Shown: positions 62,204 through 64,000 of the stretch, piece after piece
How the letters are laid out: every line of letters starts with the position of its first letter
Position numbering within the stretch: position 1 is the first letter of the stretch
Source: Candidatus Poribacteria bacterium
GTDB lineage: Bacteria > Poribacteria > WGA-4E > UBA9662
Direction: 5' to 3'
NCBI GenBank assembly: GCA_046582655.1
Contig: JAYGDX010000195.1
Span: 28,568 to 92,567, forward strand
DNA length: 64,000 nt
The notes under the pieces: model-generated
Told to the model about the DNA's origin: nothing
The model's input: the letters and a program-made list of their open reading frames with translations, nothing else
Databases searched by the model: none
Translations under genes and position numbers: made by a program

Positions 62204-63055
62204 ATGATGAAGATCTTTGGCAGCGGTGATTATCGATACGAAGTTGTTGAAGGATGGGGGCAAATTCCACAGTTAGGTCTGGTCTCCGGTGTTGCTTGTG
62301 ATTCCGAAGACAGAGTTTATGTCTTTAATCGGAGTCCCCAACCAGCTGTATTGGTTTTCAATTCGGATGGTACTTTCCTCACATCTTGGGGAGAAGACAT
62401 TTTTAAGCACCCTCATGGTATCTGGATCAGTGCGAACGATGAAATTTTCACTACAGACCGGGATGATCACACGGTTCGAAAATTCTCATTGTCCGGCGAT
62501 CTGCTGATGACAATAGGGAGAGTTGATCAACCCGGTGAATCAGGGCAACCATTTAATGAACCTACTCGTGCGGTCTTGTCGAAATCTGGTCAGATATACG
62601 TTTCTGACGGTTACGGTCAGTCACGGGTTCATCGTTTGACTGCTAAGGGTGAGGTAATCGTATCATGGGGATCAGCAGGGAGTGGCCCGGGTGAGTTCAA
62701 TCTCCCTCACGATATCACCGTGGACAAAGATGACCGGATCTATATTTTGGATCGAGGGAATCGCCGTTGTCAAATCTTCAATTCAGAGGGGGAATATCTG
62801 ACGGAATGGAAGGATCTTCGCTCCCCAAATGATCTGTTCATCGATCCAGACAATATTATTCATATCGCCGAGGGAGGGCAACGTATCACCATCATGACGA
62901 TCGAGGGTCAGATTATCGGGCATTGGGGGGAGAAGGGTACTACCCCTGGTCAGTTTAGCGATTCACCGCATGGAATCTGGATTGATTCACATGGTGATGT
63001 ATATGTCAGCGAGGTTATTGCTGAAAAAAGGTTTCAAAAGTTTGCACGAGTATAG
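62204..63055 (+). CDS. NHL-repeat beta-propeller protein (PAL-like)
   Basis: FKHPHGIWI; FNEPTRAV...IYVSDGYG; GEFNLPHDI.VD; GQFSDSPHGIWIDSHGDVYV. Confidence 0.9.
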   Translation: MMKIFGSGDYRYEVVEGWGQIPQLGLVSGVACDSEDRVYVFNRSPQPAVLVFNSDGTFLTSWGEDIFKHPHGIWISANDEIFTTDRDDHTVRKFSLSGDLLMTIGRVDQPGESGQPFNEPTRAVLSKSGQIYVSDGYGQSRVHRLTAKGEVIVSWGSAGSGPGEFNLPHDITVDKDDRIYILDRGNRRCQIFNSEGEYLTEWKDLRSPNDLFIDPDNIIHIAEGGQRITIMTIEGQIIGHWGEKGTTPGQFSDSPHGIWIDSHGDVYVSEVIAEKRFQKFARV

Positions 63056-63199
63056 GATCATAACTTAACCACAAACACACATAAGAGTCGGAAAATTGCG
63101 TTGCAACAAAGGCGAGAAGAGATCTAAAGAGTCATCCTCGGGTCGAAAAATCGTCTTCTTTATCTGATATTAGCTTGACTCAGGCTTAAATTGAAACCA

Positions 63200-63738
63200 A
63201 TTATAATATTCCTTATCGTTCTTTGTTTGAGTTCTTTGGCTTATGGACGTGATGATAACGCTGAACTAGTTATTGAGCAATTAATACTACCTGCAACAGT
63301 TCAATCAGGAGAAACAGCTGTTTTTTTAAAGTGGCCGCGCTTGATCTGGATAAGGATCAATTAGCCTATACTTGGATGGTAAATGGAGAAATCTTATTTA
63401 CTAAGCTGTCAACAACAACCTAGGAAGCCCCCCCAAATCTTAGCAGGTCGGCAAATAGACGTGGTTATCTCTGTGCGTGACAACCTTAACGAACCTGTCA
63501 TAACAAAAAGGCCTCTAAAAATTCAAGCCTTTGACACACGATATCCGGAGAATACAGTGCTTATTCCTGTTGGAGAGTTCGAAATGGGGGTGGATACTGA
63601 TCAAACGTCTCAACTTCTTTGATCGGCAAAACAATATTTTCTCGACGCCGAAGCAGGTTGGTTGGAAACGACACCCCGCAATATAAAGTTCGCCTAAATG
63701 CTCTCCATATGGAGATTTATGAATTATCCAATGCTTAA
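63200..63738 (+). pseudogene. Decayed FGE-sulfatase domain gene truncated by IS5
   Basis: Fragments NTVLIPVGEFEMG and (other frame) GNDTPQYKVRLNALHMEIYELSNA, typical of the FGE domain N-terminus. Confidence 0.65.
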
Positions 63739-64000
63739 GAGGGTGTCTAAAAACTAAAAAGAAATAAGAATATTGGGCTAAAATCATGGTATGGATAAAA
63801 AATACCCGAGTGATATGAGTGATAAGGAATGGGAAATAATCAAAGACGAATTCCCTCGGCTTAAAAAAACAGGTGGCCCAAGGAGATATGAGATAAGAGA
63901 GGTGGTGAATGCGGTATTTTACACTTCCAGAGGAGGGTGTTCATGGCCAATGCTTCCCAATGACTTTCCCCCTTTGGAAAAGTGTGTATGGGTACTTCAG
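63739..64000 (+). mobile_element. IS5-family (IS1031-like) element, left end and 5' part of transposase
   Basis: End GAGGGTGTCTAAAAACT preceded by TAA; ATG 63791 MDKKYPSDMSDKEWEII...REVVNAVFYTSRGGCSWPMLPNDFPP, then a shifted frame WKSVYGYF. Confidence 0.85.

Noticed and set aside
337..63787. Numerous short antisense or overlapping ORFs in the track; CRISPR arrays; rRNA
   Set aside because: The short ORFs shadow well-supported genes and lack motifs; no spaced repeat array or rRNA-like sequence was seen.

Overview
The window comes from an AT-rich diderm bacterium. The C-terminal 'QNYPNPFNPETWIPY...' domain, several FGE-sulfatase (SUMF1) genes, DUF1501, a sulfatase and PhyH suggest Poribacteria or a relative (inference). 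1-6.7 kb (minus strand): 2-hydroxyacid dehydrogenase (partial), DUF1501, tRNA-Asn, pcm, sppA and an AstE/AspA-family gene. 6.9-34.9 kb: one continuous minus-strand flagellar rod/hook operon in an unusual order: flgG-flgA-flgH-flgI-[flgJ::fliK fusion]-flgD-TIGR02530-flgC-flgE-flgF-(sigma28 promoter)-flgN-flgK-flgL. With overlapping or near-abutting genes it continues into 11 accessory genes: a 1409-aa cohesin/dockerin protein, a lytic transglycosylase, a second cohesin protein, a TPR lipoprotein, a second FliK-like protein, a FlhB-C homolog, a PEGA/EF-hand/FGE protein, a cNMP-binding protein, two FlgT-C-like proteins and an SH3 protein. This module is the best candidate for an undescribed system, a flagellum-associated envelope scaffold. 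36-43.3 kb: two convergent succinate dehydrogenase operons of different types (type E with an HdrB-like anchor, and type B with cytochrome b). 43.7-44.3 kb: a TlpA-like selenoprotein (UGA in a UxxC motif plus a SECIS-like hairpin) that the ORF track splits. 45-64 kb: catabolic genes mixed with pseudogenes and IS1, IS982/IS5-like and IS5 remnants. All family calls come from motif recognition by eye; no database searches were run.
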